In this document: positions 38,433 to 48,316 of the stretch, in pieces | How the letters are laid out: the number at the start of each line of letters is the position of its first letter | Position numbering within the stretch: the stretch's first letter is position 1 | NCBI GenBank assembly: GCA_965250285.1 | Contig: OZ252299.1 | Coordinates: 3,456,001 to 3,520,000 of the forward strand | Source: Myxococcota bacterium | Lineage (GTDB): Bacteria; Myxococcota_A; UBA9160; UBA4427 | Direction: 5' to 3' | Length of the DNA stretch: 64,000 nucleotides | The notes under the pieces: model-generated | What the model was told of the DNA's origin: nothing | What the model saw: only the letters and a program-made list of their open reading frames with translations | Database searches by the model: none | Translations under genes and position numbers: made by a program

Positions 38433-40301
38433 TCAGGGATTGGCGAGGAGCGCCGGCCAGACCCGGTCGACACCGGCGGGCGCGGCGACCGATCCATCGA
38501 TCTTCCCGGTCCAGACGTACGGCGCGAAGCCGCTCTCGATGTCGTCGAAGACCTGGACCTTGCCTTCGAGGCTGGGGGCCGTGCTGCCACCGACGGCGAC
38601 CTCGAGGCGCCCATCCCCATTGAGGTCGGCGAGCATCGGCGCGAGCACTTCGAGCTCGAGTCCGGGGATCGCCGCCGACTCGTTCACCACCAGGCGACCG
38701 AAGCCGGCTTGTGCGTCGTCGTAGACGTCGATGACCGTCCGACCGCTGCGGTGCGAGGCCACGACGATCTCGGCGCGTCCATCGGCATCGACATCGCCCC
38801 CGGCCACATCGGTCGCGCCGTCGTAGTCGAGCGTCGCGTAGAGCGGGACGACGTTGACCAGATCTTCGAACGTGCCGCTCGGGCGGATCGGCTGGTACAG
38901 CTCGAGCGCGTCGTCGAGCACCGTGATCGTGCCCTGCCCCTCTTCGGTTCGACCGATCAGGATCTCATCGCGTCCGTCGCCGTCGACGTCGGCCAGCGAC
39001 GGCTTCGTCGATCCGAACGAGTAGTAGAAGACGCCGAGGCGCGACGAGAGCGAGAGCGTCGAGATGCGAGGGCCCGACGTACCGGACATCGTCGCGTAGT
39101 TCGCCCCCTGGTCGTCGAGCATCATGATGCTCGCCCAGGCCGACGCACCCAGGCCCACCGCAATCTCGTTCAGGCCGTCGCCATCGACATCCCCACACGC
39201 AGGGATCGTCTCGCCATTCGAAGCCGCGTAGTCGGGATCGGTGCCCACGATCACTTCTCGGTCGACGACCGCGAGATCTTCGAGTGTCAGCAGGAGCAGG
39301 CGCGACCCCGACCCGCGCCCGAAGCCGACCACCAGGTCGCGGTCGCCGTCGTCGTCTAGGTCACACCACGTCGGACGGGCGCCGTAGTTGCGAATCAGGT
39401 CGTCGCGCACCAGCAGCTCGCTGCGCCCGTTGAGCCGCAGCAGACGCAGGCTGTCGCTGACTGCGTAGAGACCGACCACCTGGGACTCGGGCGTGGCCTG
39501 GGCGACCGGGGGAAGCCCGGGGAGCGCCCCGGGACCCGAATCCGGCTCGGGATCGGGCAGGACCTGCGCGTTCGCCACCTCGAACGTGCCCGTCATCGGC
39601 GGACTGGCGACGCCGGTCGCGCCGTTCTCGGACCACGCGACGACCTCGTACGAGTGCATCCCGTCGGAGAGGAGCGCCGTGTTGAAGGGTTGGATCGTGG
39701 CGGGGCCGCCGCCGTCGCCGGCGAGCGACCACGGCGCGGCGTTCTCGATGCGATACAGCGCGCCGTCGATCGCGAACGTGACGCTCTCGACGGCGCCCTC
39801 GACCCGCGCGGTGACCTTGATCGCGCCATCGGCGACCGTTCCGAAACCGCGCACCGACGTGACGCGGGGGCGCGGCACGGCCTCGAGCGTGATCTGGTTC
39901 GAGGGGACCGACACGAGCCCACTGCCCCAGGCCTGGAGCGACGCGATCCACGTGACGCTGTCTTCGATCTCGACGACCGCGCTCATCCGCCCGCCGACCT
40001 CGGCCGGGAGACCCAGCGCGTGCTGAACGGTCTCGGCTCCATCCGCGCTTCGCAGCGTCAGGATGTAGCCCTCGACGCCCTGCGAAGGCGACGGGAGCCA
40101 CTTGAAGGTGTGATTGGCCGCATCGGCCCAGGCCGCAGACGCACACGCGAAGACGGCGGCGAGGGCGGCAGCCGCGAGCGACGCGAGCGAAGAGAACGGG
40201 CGGGCGCGGGTCAGTGCCGGGCGTGAAGAGTGTGCGAGCGCAGACACACGAGGCGCGACGCTCCACCACGAGGTCGAATTCGGGTTGTGGGGAGCGTGCA
40301 T
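38433..40301 (-). CDS. secreted Fn3/Ig-like plus FG-GAP (VCBS) repeat protein, paralog 1
   Basis: Signal-like hydrophobic stretch ending AWA, then W-x-PSPS..VEGY, an Ig-like segment, and repeated DxDGDGxxE motifs. Confidence 0.8.
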   Translation of the reverse strand: MHAPHNPNSTSWWSVAPRVSALAHSSRPALTRARPFSSLASLAAAALAAVFACASAAWADAANHTFKWLPSPSQGVEGYILTLRSADGAETVQHALGLPAEVGGRMSAVVEIEDSVTWIASLQAWGSGLVSVPSNQITLEAVPRPRVTSVRGFGTVADGAIKVTARVEGAVESVTFAIDGALYRIENAAPWSLAGDGGGPATIQPFNTALLSDGMHSYEVVAWSENGATGVASPPMTGTFEVANAQVLPDPEPDSGPGALPGLPPVAQATPESQVVGLYAVSDSLRLLRLNGRSELLVRDDLIRNYGARPTWCDLDDDGDRDLVVGFGRGSGSRLLLLTLEDLAVVDREVIVGTDPDYAASNGETIPACGDVDGDGLNEIAVGLGASAWASIMMLDDQGANYATMSGTSGPRISTLSLSSRLGVFYYSFGSTKPSLADVDGDGRDEILIGRTEEGQGTITVLDDALELYQPIRPSGTFEDLVNVVPLYATLDYDGATDVAGGDVDADGRAEIVVASHRSGRTVIDVYDDAQAGFGRLVVNESAAIPGLELEVLAPMLADLNGDGRLEVAVGGSTAPSLEGKVQVFDDIESGFAPYVWTGKIDGSVAAPAGVDRVWPALLANP

Positions 40302-40358
40302 GACGGGCGGGCGCGGACCTTCTGCAAAGAGGACGGGTCTTCGAGGTGGCCCATCGTT

Positions 40359-40374
40359 AGCAGCGTCCGCGCCG
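40359..40374 (-). promoter_or_regulatory. possible sigma54 promoter for FG-GAP paralog 1
   Basis: Minus strand CGGCGCG-GACG-CTGCT (GG-N10-GC); TGACGTCA palindrome just upstream. Confidence 0.35.
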
Positions 40375-40435
40375 GGGTTCGGGAACTGACGTCACAATTC
40401 TCGACCTATTTCGGATGAATCGATGCGAACGCATG

Positions 40436-40719
40436 TTCGACCTCATGCGTTCGCGTCGGCCGGTCTCCCGGTGCGACCGGACGCGACCGGTTGGCCCGGC
40501 CGCACCCTTCATCTTCGACCTCATGCGTTCGCGTCGGCCGGTCTCCCGGTGCGACCGGACGCGACCGGTTGGCCCGGCCGCACCCTTCATCTTCGACCTC
40601 ATGCGTTCGCGTCGGCCGGTCTCCCGGTGCGACCGGACGCGACCGGTTGGCCCGGCCGCACCCTTCATCTTCGACCTCATGCGTTCGCGTCGGCCGGTCT
40701 CCCGGTGCGACCGGACGCG
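40436..40719. repeat. 78-bp perfect tandem repeat, about 3.6 copies, each with an internal hairpin
   Basis: Units start at 40436, 40514, 40592 and 40670. Each has CGCGT..CCGGTC / GACCGG-ACGCG inverted arms. Confidence 0.95.
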
Positions 40720-40722
40720 TGT

Positions 40723-42615
40723 TCAGTCGCGGGGCTCGAGCGCCGGAAAGACCGCGCCGTCGCCCGGGGCCCCGACCACGATGCCCTCGGCATCGCCCGT
40801 CCAGATGAGCGCGGAGAAACCCGTAGTGAGGTCGTCCAATACCCGAATCTCGCTCGCGTTCGATGCGCCGGGTGCGGGCCCGACCACCAGCTCGGCGAAG
40901 CCGTCGCCGTCGATGTCGGCCACGCTCGGCACCCCGGCACCGAGAATCGGCCGCCCCGTTCGGTCTTCGACCATCCGAGCGAAGCCCTGCGTGGCGTCGT
41001 CGAGGACATCGATCATCGGGCCGTCCGCTGCCATGAGGGTGACGGCGATCTCGTCGATGCCGTCGCCGTCGAGGTCGCCCACAGCGATCCGCGTAGTGCC
41101 ATCGGACGCCTGGTAGGCCGCATCGGTCACGGCCTCGAGCACCCCGAGCTCGAGGCGCAGCGGCTCGAAGAGCGCAAAGCCGGTGGTCGCGTCGTCGAAG
41201 ATCGAGATCGTTCCGCCCGCACCTTCGCTGCGGCCGACCACGATCTCATCGATGCCGTCGCCATCGATGTCGCCCAGATGGGGCCGGGCCACGCCGTCGC
41301 GGGCGTAGTCGATGCCGAACATCGCCACGAAGGGCAGCGATCGAAGCAGGTTGCGGAGCGATGCCTGCATCGGGGCGTAGCCCGTCGCACGATCGTCGAA
41401 GATCGACATGCTCGCGATCGACATGCCGCCGAGCCCGACGACGAGCTCGCTTGCGCCATCGCCATCGATGTCGCCGCAGCTCGGGAAGGTCTCGCCATTG
41501 CGACTGATGTAGCGACCGTTCGTGCCGGCCATGTCGCGCTCGTCGGTCACGCTGAGGCCGTCGAGCTCGAGCAGCAGGACCCGGGCGCGCGAGCCCGGCC
41601 CGAAACCGATCACCAGATCCTGATCACCATCGCCATCGAGGTCACACCAGTCGGGGCGCAGATCGCCGGCCGCGGCGAACTCGCTGTTCGTGATCAGCGT
41701 CGTCGATCCATCGACGTGCACGGCGACGATGTCACCCGACGGCGTTCCCTGGAGACCCGCGACCGCGCCGGCCGGGCCGCTCGGGATCGGGTCGGGGACG
41801 GGATCGGGATCGGTGGACGTATCCGGATCGGGATCGGGCGTCGGGTCGGGCACCGGATCCGGATCGGGGATGGGATCGACCTGATTGTCGACGTAGAACG
41901 TCGCGCTGACCGATGCGCCCTCGACGCCGCCGGCCGAGTCACCCGAGTAGCCCACCGCGGTGATCGTGTGCTCACCGTCGGGCAGCTGCGTCGTGTCGAA
42001 CGGTCGCTCGGTTCCGATGTCACCGTCGTCGCTCTCGATCGAGTACGGCAGTGCGTTCTCGATGCGGTACGAGCTGCCATTCAGCAGAAATTGCACGCTC
42101 TCCGTCGCGCCGTAGACCTGCGCAACGACGACGATGTCGCCCGAGACGACGCCGCTCGCGCCATCGATCTTCGACACGCCGAAGCCGGGCTCACCCGGTG
42201 CCGGTGCAGCCGCCACGACGATCTCGTTCGAGTAGTCGGAGACGACGCCACTCCCGTACGCACGCAATCGCAGGTAGAGATCGACGCTGTCTTCGAGCTC
42301 CATCACCGACTGGATCTGACCGTTCTGCTCGGCCGGAAGCCCGAGGTCGAAGGTCGACGCCGTGGCGCCGGAGCTCGTACCGACCGCGAGTTCGTAGCCC
42401 TCGACGCCATCGGAAGGCGACGGGATCCAGCGCACGGTGTAGTCGCGGAGCTCGGCATGCGCGGGCGCGCCCGAGCCGAGCGCGACGAACCCGACGCAGA
42501 GCACCAGGGCGGCACGCGCGATCGCGATGGAGATCGTGGGACGAGCAAAGACGTCGAAGGGGCGAGCAGCGTGACGTGTTCGCGCGAAGGAGCGGACGGA
42601 CGAGTCGATCATCAT
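40723..42615 (-). CDS. secreted Fn3/Ig-like plus FG-GAP (VCBS) repeat protein, paralog 2 (start uncertain, up to 42642)
   Basis: Signal ending PAHA, WIPSPSDGVEGY, YRIENALPYS, a Pro/Asp linker, and multiple GDIDGDG motifs; colinear with paralog 1. Confidence 0.82.
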   Translation of the reverse strand: MMIDSSVRSFARTRHAARPFDVFARPTISIAIARAALVLCVGFVALGSGAPAHAELRDYTVRWIPSPSDGVEGYELAVGTSSGATASTFDLGLPAEQNGQIQSVMELEDSVDLYLRLRAYGSGVVSDYSNEIVVAAAPAPGEPGFGVSKIDGASGVVSGDIVVVAQVYGATESVQFLLNGSSYRIENALPYSIESDDGDIGTERPFDTTQLPDGEHTITAVGYSGDSAGGVEGASVSATFYVDNQVDPIPDPDPVPDPTPDPDPDTSTDPDPVPDPIPSGPAGAVAGLQGTPSGDIVAVHVDGSTTLITNSEFAAAGDLRPDWCDLDGDGDQDLVIGFGPGSRARVLLLELDGLSVTDERDMAGTNGRYISRNGETFPSCGDIDGDGASELVVGLGGMSIASMSIFDDRATGYAPMQASLRNLLRSLPFVAMFGIDYARDGVARPHLGDIDGDGIDEIVVGRSEGAGGTISIFDDATTGFALFEPLRLELGVLEAVTDAAYQASDGTTRIAVGDLDGDGIDEIAVTLMAADGPMIDVLDDATQGFARMVEDRTGRPILGAGVPSVADIDGDGFAELVVGPAPGASNASEIRVLDDLTTGFSALIWTGDAEGIVVGAPGDGAVFPALEPRD

Positions 42616-43384
42616 GGGCCGATTGATCGGAGTCGACCTCACGAGGTCCCGTGATGATGCTCACCCCATGTCACGACTTGAACGAACTCGCGAAAAAAAG
42701 ATCGCGAGACTTCGGAACACGCGCACGTATCGCGTCGAAAAGCGACGTATGTCACGACGCAGAAGACGATGCATGCGATCGACACGTGCGACCGAACGCC
42801 GAGCGTTGCGCACCGAGGCAACGCCAGTCACGTCATCGCCACACGAAGTGCGACGTGCATCACGCGGTCATGAGCACGTCGTTGCGATGCGGATCACGTC
42901 GTCGAAGAGAGCGTTCGCGGCCGCATGAAGATCGTCGCGACCCGCCTCGCTTCGGTGCATATCGCGGTGCAGAAGCGAACTCGCGGACCGAGATGCAACG
43001 AACGTTCGACACGCAACGCGTGACAACGCGGTGGGTCGAAGCGCCCGATCTCTCGCACGCGAACGACCCTGCCATCGTGACCCGGTGATTTCCCCGAGCG
43101 CGCACCGGGCTCGTTCCGTGTTTCACCCGATCACCGAACGGGTGAACGGTCGACACATGATCGCGTCCCCCTACGCCCGCCGATGCAGCGGCGGTCGCGT
43201 GCCTTCCCGATGAGACCCGGCGCTGCGCCGACGACGAAGAGCCGGCGTCGCACCGAGAGATGCCCGGCGACGCATCGACCGGGCAGACGTCGAAGAATGC
43301 GATGGGGGTCACCGGGCCGCGGTGGTCGATCGGGTCATCGGCCGCGGCCGACCTCGATGTGCCAGCGCTCGAGGGTGAGGAGGG

Positions 43385-43458
43385 CGCCCCGGACAGGATT
43401 CGAACCTGTGACCGGTCGCTTAGAAGGCGACTGCTCTATCCAACTGAGCTACCGGGGC
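43385..43458 (-). tRNA. tRNA-Arg(TCT)
   Basis: GCCCCGG acceptor stem, D arm AGCTCAGTTGGATAGAGC, anticodon arm GTCGC-CTTCTAA-GCGAC, T loop TTCGAAT. CCA is not encoded. Confidence 0.96.
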
Positions 43459-43591
43459 GCGGCGGGTCGGAACCGAGGGACCGCTCTGGGCCCGCGTCGG
43501 CCGTGACCCGCAGACGCGCTGCGTCGGATGCGGTGCCCCTCCAGCAGCCGATCCGGCGAAATCAGGGAGCTGGGCCGTCGATCCGGCCACG

Positions 43592-43620
43592 TTGACACCC
43601 CCAGACGCCGAAGATAGCTT
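43592..43620 (+). promoter_or_regulatory. sigma70-type promoter for tRNA-His
   Basis: TTGACA-17 bp-TAGCTT, 22 bp upstream of the tRNA. Confidence 0.7.
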
Positions 43621-43642
43621 CCGGCGCCCCGAAAGCTGGCGT

Positions 43643-43720
<78 letters not shown>

Positions 43721-43972
43721 GCGCGGCTCCTTCGCTCGTTTGGGCCGAGTCTGCTCTCGTTGGCCGACGCCGCGGCCCGGCCCGCGGCGCCGCGGGCCGA
43801 GCGCTGCGCCGCATCTGGATCCGCCCCTTGGGAAGCCGGGATGGGGCCCTCCACACGGCCACCGCGCCCGGTGGCCGATCGAAAAGCCCTTTGGGCACGC
43901 GCACCTGCACCGACCCCTCGCCGCGGGCGCTAAGATGAGGGGCGACCGCCGCCGCTGCACAAGGACCCCCCG

Positions 43973-44218
43973 ATGAACCGCATTCGCGCCGCCCGTCAGG
44001 CCCTCGGCTGGACCCAGAACGACCTTGCGATCAAGGCCGGTGTCTCTGCCCGCACCGTGCACGCGGTCGAGAAGGGCCGTCCGTGCCGACAGACGACGAA
44101 GCGCCAGATCTTGAATGCGTTGGGTGTGCCGTGGGAGATGCGCGACGACTACTTCGTCCGCGCGCGCCCGGTCCGCCGGCCGGTCACCAACGAGACGTCG
44201 CGCATCCGCACCGCCTGA
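43973..44218 (+). CDS. small XRE-family helix-turn-helix protein
   Basis: AAGGA RBS, then NRIRAARQALGWTQNDLAIKAGVSARTVHAVEKG. Confidence 0.85.
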   Translation: MNRIRAARQALGWTQNDLAIKAGVSARTVHAVEKGRPCRQTTKRQILNALGVPWEMRDDYFVRARPVRRPVTNETSRIRTA

Positions 44219-44369
44219 TCCGAACCGTTCATCGCGTCCATCGCGTGCACCGGGTGCAGCGTGTGCATCGATCCGCAGCGCGATCGTGCGGGCCGCCGAG
44301 CCGCCTTGCCTCGAAGGTCGCACCACGCCGGGCCGGTCCCGGCAGAGCGAACCGCGCCGGCGTCGGGGT

Positions 44370-45662
44370 TCAGGTGGCCACGCCCGCGCGCAGCGCCTCG
44401 GCGAGATCGAGCACCTCGCTCACCGTGCGATCCATGAACGCAGTCAGCATGACACCGGCACGGTCTTCTTCGCCGGCCGCCGCCTCACGCCGCGCCTCGC
44501 GCTCCACTTCGATGCGCTCGCTCTCGACGCGCGCTTCGAAGGCCGCGAAAGCAGCGCTCACCTCGGGCGCCTTCGTGGCGTAGTCCATCATCACCGCTTC
44601 GTTCAGCTGGTGAAACGTCCACCAAGCCGAGTCGAGATCGCCGGGGGTGAGCTCGCCGTGCCCGCGCGCAAGTGCGGCCGGCAGCGCCCCCTGCAGATAG
44701 ACCGGGATGAACACGCTGATGCACGGTGATCCGAACGACACGTAGACCGCCCACGGCGCCACGCGGTCGATGGGGAGCGGCGCAACCAGGCTCGCCGTCG
44801 TCGTGCCCGCCGGTTCGGCATGCATGCACAGCGTGTAGTAGCCAGCGTCTTCGGGCGTGAGGTCGAACGGCGGCGTCGTGGCGCCGTCGCCGTGATCCCG
44901 CAGCAGCGCCTTCATCGCCATCACGTCGTGCTTGCCGCGCCCGGCTTCGAGCAGCGCGCGCGACCGGTCGAGGCGCCCTTCCGAGAGACGCCCCGGCACG
45001 TGGGGGTTGCGATACGCGGTCGTGAGGTCGAGCCGTTCGAGGTCGCGCCACCACCCCTGCCCCCGCGCGAACGACTCGAGATCGCGTGACCCGATCGACC
45101 AATCGTCGTGCAGCGTGATGTGGTTGGAGAGCGAAGAGAGCGCGACGGGTTTGCCCGCCCAGCGTCGCCCGCTCGTCTCGAGCACCCAGGCCGTCTCGGG
45201 ATCGGCGATCAAGAAGCTGTTGTGGTAGCCGCCCTCGCCCGGCCCGAAGGCCGCGCCGCCCTGGCCGTGTTGCTCGAGCAGCGTCGCGATCACCTCGAGC
45301 GCCTCTCGCGCGTCGCGGCCGCGTTCGAGCCCGAGCCGCACGAGATCCATGCCGATCAGGCCGGGCGTCTCCTCGACCGGCTCCTTCGAGAACACCGTGT
45401 GGTTGCCGATCGCGACGCCGTGCTCATTGACGCCATGCTCGAAGCCCCACACCCACCACGGCGAGGCGCCCATCGCCGCATACGTCTCGGCGACCTGGGG
45501 GATCTCGATGTGGGTGCAGCGCACCGTCGAGCCGCGGGGATGAAACGCCGCCGGCTGCTGGACGAAGGGCTGGCATTCGCCGCGGTGGCGATCGCTGTTC
45601 TTCGCGAACAGCGTCGTGCCGTCACGGGTCTCTGCGCGGGTTGCGACCACCGAATCGCACAT
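44370..45662 (-). CDS. C69 family dipeptidase/secernin-like Ntn hydrolase
   Basis: N-terminal MCD (Cys nucleophile), FAKNSDR, GVNEHGVAIGN, GLIGMDLVRLGLER, YHNSFLIAD and CMH. Confidence 0.9.
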   Translation of the reverse strand: MCDSVVATRAETRDGTTLFAKNSDRHRGECQPFVQQPAAFHPRGSTVRCTHIEIPQVAETYAAMGASPWWVWGFEHGVNEHGVAIGNHTVFSKEPVEETPGLIGMDLVRLGLERGRDAREALEVIATLLEQHGQGGAAFGPGEGGYHNSFLIADPETAWVLETSGRRWAGKPVALSSLSNHITLHDDWSIGSRDLESFARGQGWWRDLERLDLTTAYRNPHVPGRLSEGRLDRSRALLEAGRGKHDVMAMKALLRDHGDGATTPPFDLTPEDAGYYTLCMHAEPAGTTTASLVAPLPIDRVAPWAVYVSFGSPCISVFIPVYLQGALPAALARGHGELTPGDLDSAWWTFHQLNEAVMMDYATKAPEVSAAFAAFEARVESERIEVEREARREAAAGEEDRAGVMLTAFMDRTVSEVLDLAEALRAGVAT

Positions 45663-45817
45663 GGGACGATGCTAGCAGGGCTGGCATCGACGCCCGAATC
45701 GGACACCTCAGCCTCGCCTCCGTGCAAGGATCGAGATTCTGGGGGTCGCCTATCCTCCCAGGATCGCCGCGCCGCGGCCAACCCTGCGGATCGAACTCGC
45801 CTTGGAGAGGACACCCG

Positions 45818-47245
45818 ATGCTCGATTGGGCCCAGCTCGAAACGAATCCCTACCTCCGCGACAACGCATGTCCGATCGAGGAGGAGATGGAGGTCGCCCG
45901 GTGCGAGGTCATCGGTGAGATCCCCGAAGCCCTGTCGGGCGCCTTCCTGCGCAACGGCTCGAATCAGCAGTACGAGCCGCGCGGGCCCTACCACCTCTTC
46001 GACGGCGACGGGATGATCCACGCGGTCTATCTCGAGAACGGTCAGGCGGGCTACCGCAATCGCTGGATTCTCTCGAAGGGGCTCGAATACGAGCGGAAGG
46101 TCGGGCACGCGATCTGGGGCGGCATGCGCGACGTGTTCCCGCCCGACGAGCAGGCCCTCGCCGAGGTCGGCCGGGCCAAGAACGTCGCGAACATCCACCT
46201 CGTCGAACACGCGGGCCACCTGCTCGCGCTCTGGGAGGCGGGCAAGCCCACTGAGGTCACCGCGCAGCTCGAGACGGTCGGTGAGTACAGCTTCGGCGGC
46301 AAGCTGAAGGGCGGGTTCTGCGCGCACCCACACTTCGACGAACGGACCGGCGAGATGTTCGGCTTCGCGTACCGGCCGATTCCGCCGTTCCTCATGTACT
46401 ACGTCGTGGACAAGCACGGGCAGCTCAAGGTGAGCGAGGAGATCCCGGTCGAGAAGCCGGTGATGATGCACGACTTCGCGATCTCGGAGAACTACGCCGT
46501 CTTCTTCTATGCACCCGCGGTCTGGGACGTGATCAAGGCGATCCAGGAGGGCGGCCCCGCGATGACATGGCAGCCCGAGCGCGGCTGTCAGATCGGCCTG
46601 ATGCCGCGCTATGGCAAGGGCAGCGAGATTCGCTGGTTCGAAGCCGACGTCGGCTGGTGCTTCCACTTCGCCAACGCGTTCGAGCGGGGGAACGAGGTGA
46701 TCCTGGATGCCGTCCGCACCGATCGCGTGGACGACGACGTCAACGCGGCCGACGACGGCGGCTACACGGTGGGGTCGTTGCTCACGCGCTTCACGGTCAA
46801 CCTCGAGACCGGCGGGCGGGCGACGACCCAGCAGTTCATGACCGAGCGACACTGCGAGTTTCCGCGCGTCGCGCGCCACATCGAGGGCCAGCATCACCGC
46901 TACGCGTACATGCTCGGCACCGACAACGCGACCGACCTCGTCGCGTTCGACAGCTTCAACCACGTTTGCCGCTTCGACTACGAGACCGGCGAGAGCAACG
47001 TGTTCAAGGTGGACGACCTCGGCGGCGACGCGACCGAGTTCTCCTATGCGCCGAACCCCGAGAGCGACCGCGAAGAGGACGGCTGGCTCATGGGCTACGT
47101 CTATCGCAAGGCGACGCACTCGAGCGAGCTGGTGATCCTCTCGGCGGGCGACCCGTCAGCTGGGCCGGTCGCGCGGGTCCTGCTCCCCCAGCGTGTGCCC
47201 GAGGGCTTCCACGGCTCCTGGATCCCCGGCCTGCCGTTCACCTAG
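45818..47245 (+). CDS. carotenoid oxygenase / lignostilbene dioxygenase (RPE65) family
   Basis: GAGAGG RBS; GAFLRNG and HLFDGDGM; four Fe-ligand His in AHPH, MHDF, FHFANA and GFHGSW; EFPR; EEDGWL. Confidence 0.92.
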   Translation: MLDWAQLETNPYLRDNACPIEEEMEVARCEVIGEIPEALSGAFLRNGSNQQYEPRGPYHLFDGDGMIHAVYLENGQAGYRNRWILSKGLEYERKVGHAIWGGMRDVFPPDEQALAEVGRAKNVANIHLVEHAGHLLALWEAGKPTEVTAQLETVGEYSFGGKLKGGFCAHPHFDERTGEMFGFAYRPIPPFLMYYVVDKHGQLKVSEEIPVEKPVMMHDFAISENYAVFFYAPAVWDVIKAIQEGGPAMTWQPERGCQIGLMPRYGKGSEIRWFEADVGWCFHFANAFERGNEVILDAVRTDRVDDDVNAADDGGYTVGSLLTRFTVNLETGGRATTQQFMTERHCEFPRVARHIEGQHHRYAYMLGTDNATDLVAFDSFNHVCRFDYETGESNVFKVDDLGGDATEFSYAPNPESDREEDGWLMGYVYRKATHSSELVILSAGDPSAGPVARVLLPQRVPEGFHGSWIPGLPFT

Positions 47246-47257
47246 GGGGCGCGGGCC

Positions 47258-48316
47258 ATCTCCGAGCCGACCCCGACCACGTCGAGCGCCTCCGACGGGG
47301 CGCCGCCCGCCCCGCTCGACCCGCTGACCGCCGAGCGTGGCGCTGGCTACGCGTTCGCGCTCGGCTCGGCTCTGTGCACGGCCGTCGCCACCATCCCCTA
47401 CAAGCTCGCGGCCACCGAGGCGCCCCTCGAGGTCGTGGTGTTGCTGCTGCTGGCGAGCGCGGCGAGCCTCAACACGGCGACCGCCCTCGCACGGGGTGGG
47501 GCCCGCTGGCTGCGCGCGAGCGTCGCATCCACGGCCAACGGCGACGCCACGGACGGGGGCGACCCAACCGAGGGCCCGGGCGCCCCACTGAAGAACCAAG
47601 TCTCGTGGCGCATCACGCTCTGGGCGAGCCTGCTGAGCGGGGCCCTGGCCGCCGGCGCGAACGCCGGGGCGACCGAGGCGATCGCCCGACTCGATCCATC
47701 GGTCGCGGTGCTGCTGATCCAGCTGCAGGTGGGCGTGGCGGCCGTGCTCGGTTGGCTCTGGCTCGGCGAACCCGTCTCGCGCCGCTTCGTCGCGGGCGGT
47801 GTGGTCGCGATCGTCGGCGTCGCGGCCCTGGCGGAGGGCGGTCTCACGGGCGATCTCGATGCCGCCGCCGTCGGGTGGGGCCTGGTCGGTGCGCTGTGCT
47901 TCGGCAGCCTCCACGTGGTGATCCGCCGCTACGTCGACCGCATCGATCTCGTGTGGACCAACGCCCTCCGCCTGTGGATCGCGGTGGCCGTCGTCGCCGC
48001 CAGCTCGGGCGCGCTCGCCGAGCTGCTCGGCGCGCCCCCGCGGATCGTGCTGCTGTCGGCCACCGCGGCGACCGTGGGCCCCTTCGTCGGTCGACTGATG
48101 ATGATGCGGGCCACGCGCAGCCTGCCGGCCGCGACGAGCACGCTCTTCGGCCTGGCCTCGCCGGTCCTGACCGTCGGCACGGCCTGGCTCTTCCTCGGCA
48201 CCCTCCCCTCGCTGCGCGAAGCAGTGGCGGGCGCCGTCGTTCTCGGCGGGCTCGCGCTCGCCCTCACCCCCGCCTGGACGGGATCCGTTCGCACTCTGGA
48301 AAGGAGCACACCGTGA
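47258..48316 (+). CDS. DMT/EamA family transporter (probable ATC start; first GTG at 47435)
   Basis: Two EamA-like halves ending in WLWLGEP and WLFLGTLP. The first TM (GYAFALGSALCTAVATIPYKLA) lies in frame upstream of the ORF-track start. Confidence 0.8.
   Translation: MSEPTPTTSSASDGAPPAPLDPLTAERGAGYAFALGSALCTAVATIPYKLAATEAPLEVVVLLLLASAASLNTATALARGGARWLRASVASTANGDATDGGDPTEGPGAPLKNQVSWRITLWASLLSGALAAGANAGATEAIARLDPSVAVLLIQLQVGVAAVLGWLWLGEPVSRRFVAGGVVAIVGVAALAEGGLTGDLDAAAVGWGLVGALCFGSLHVVIRRYVDRIDLVWTNALRLWIAVAVVAASSGALAELLGAPPRIVLLSATAATVGPFVGRLMMMRATRSLPAATSTLFGLASPVLTVGTAWLFLGTLPSLREAVAGAVVLGGLALALTPAWTGSVRTLERSTP

Noticed and set aside
40436..40719. CRISPR array with 78-bp period
   Set aside because: The whole 78-bp unit is identical between copies; there is no variable spacer.
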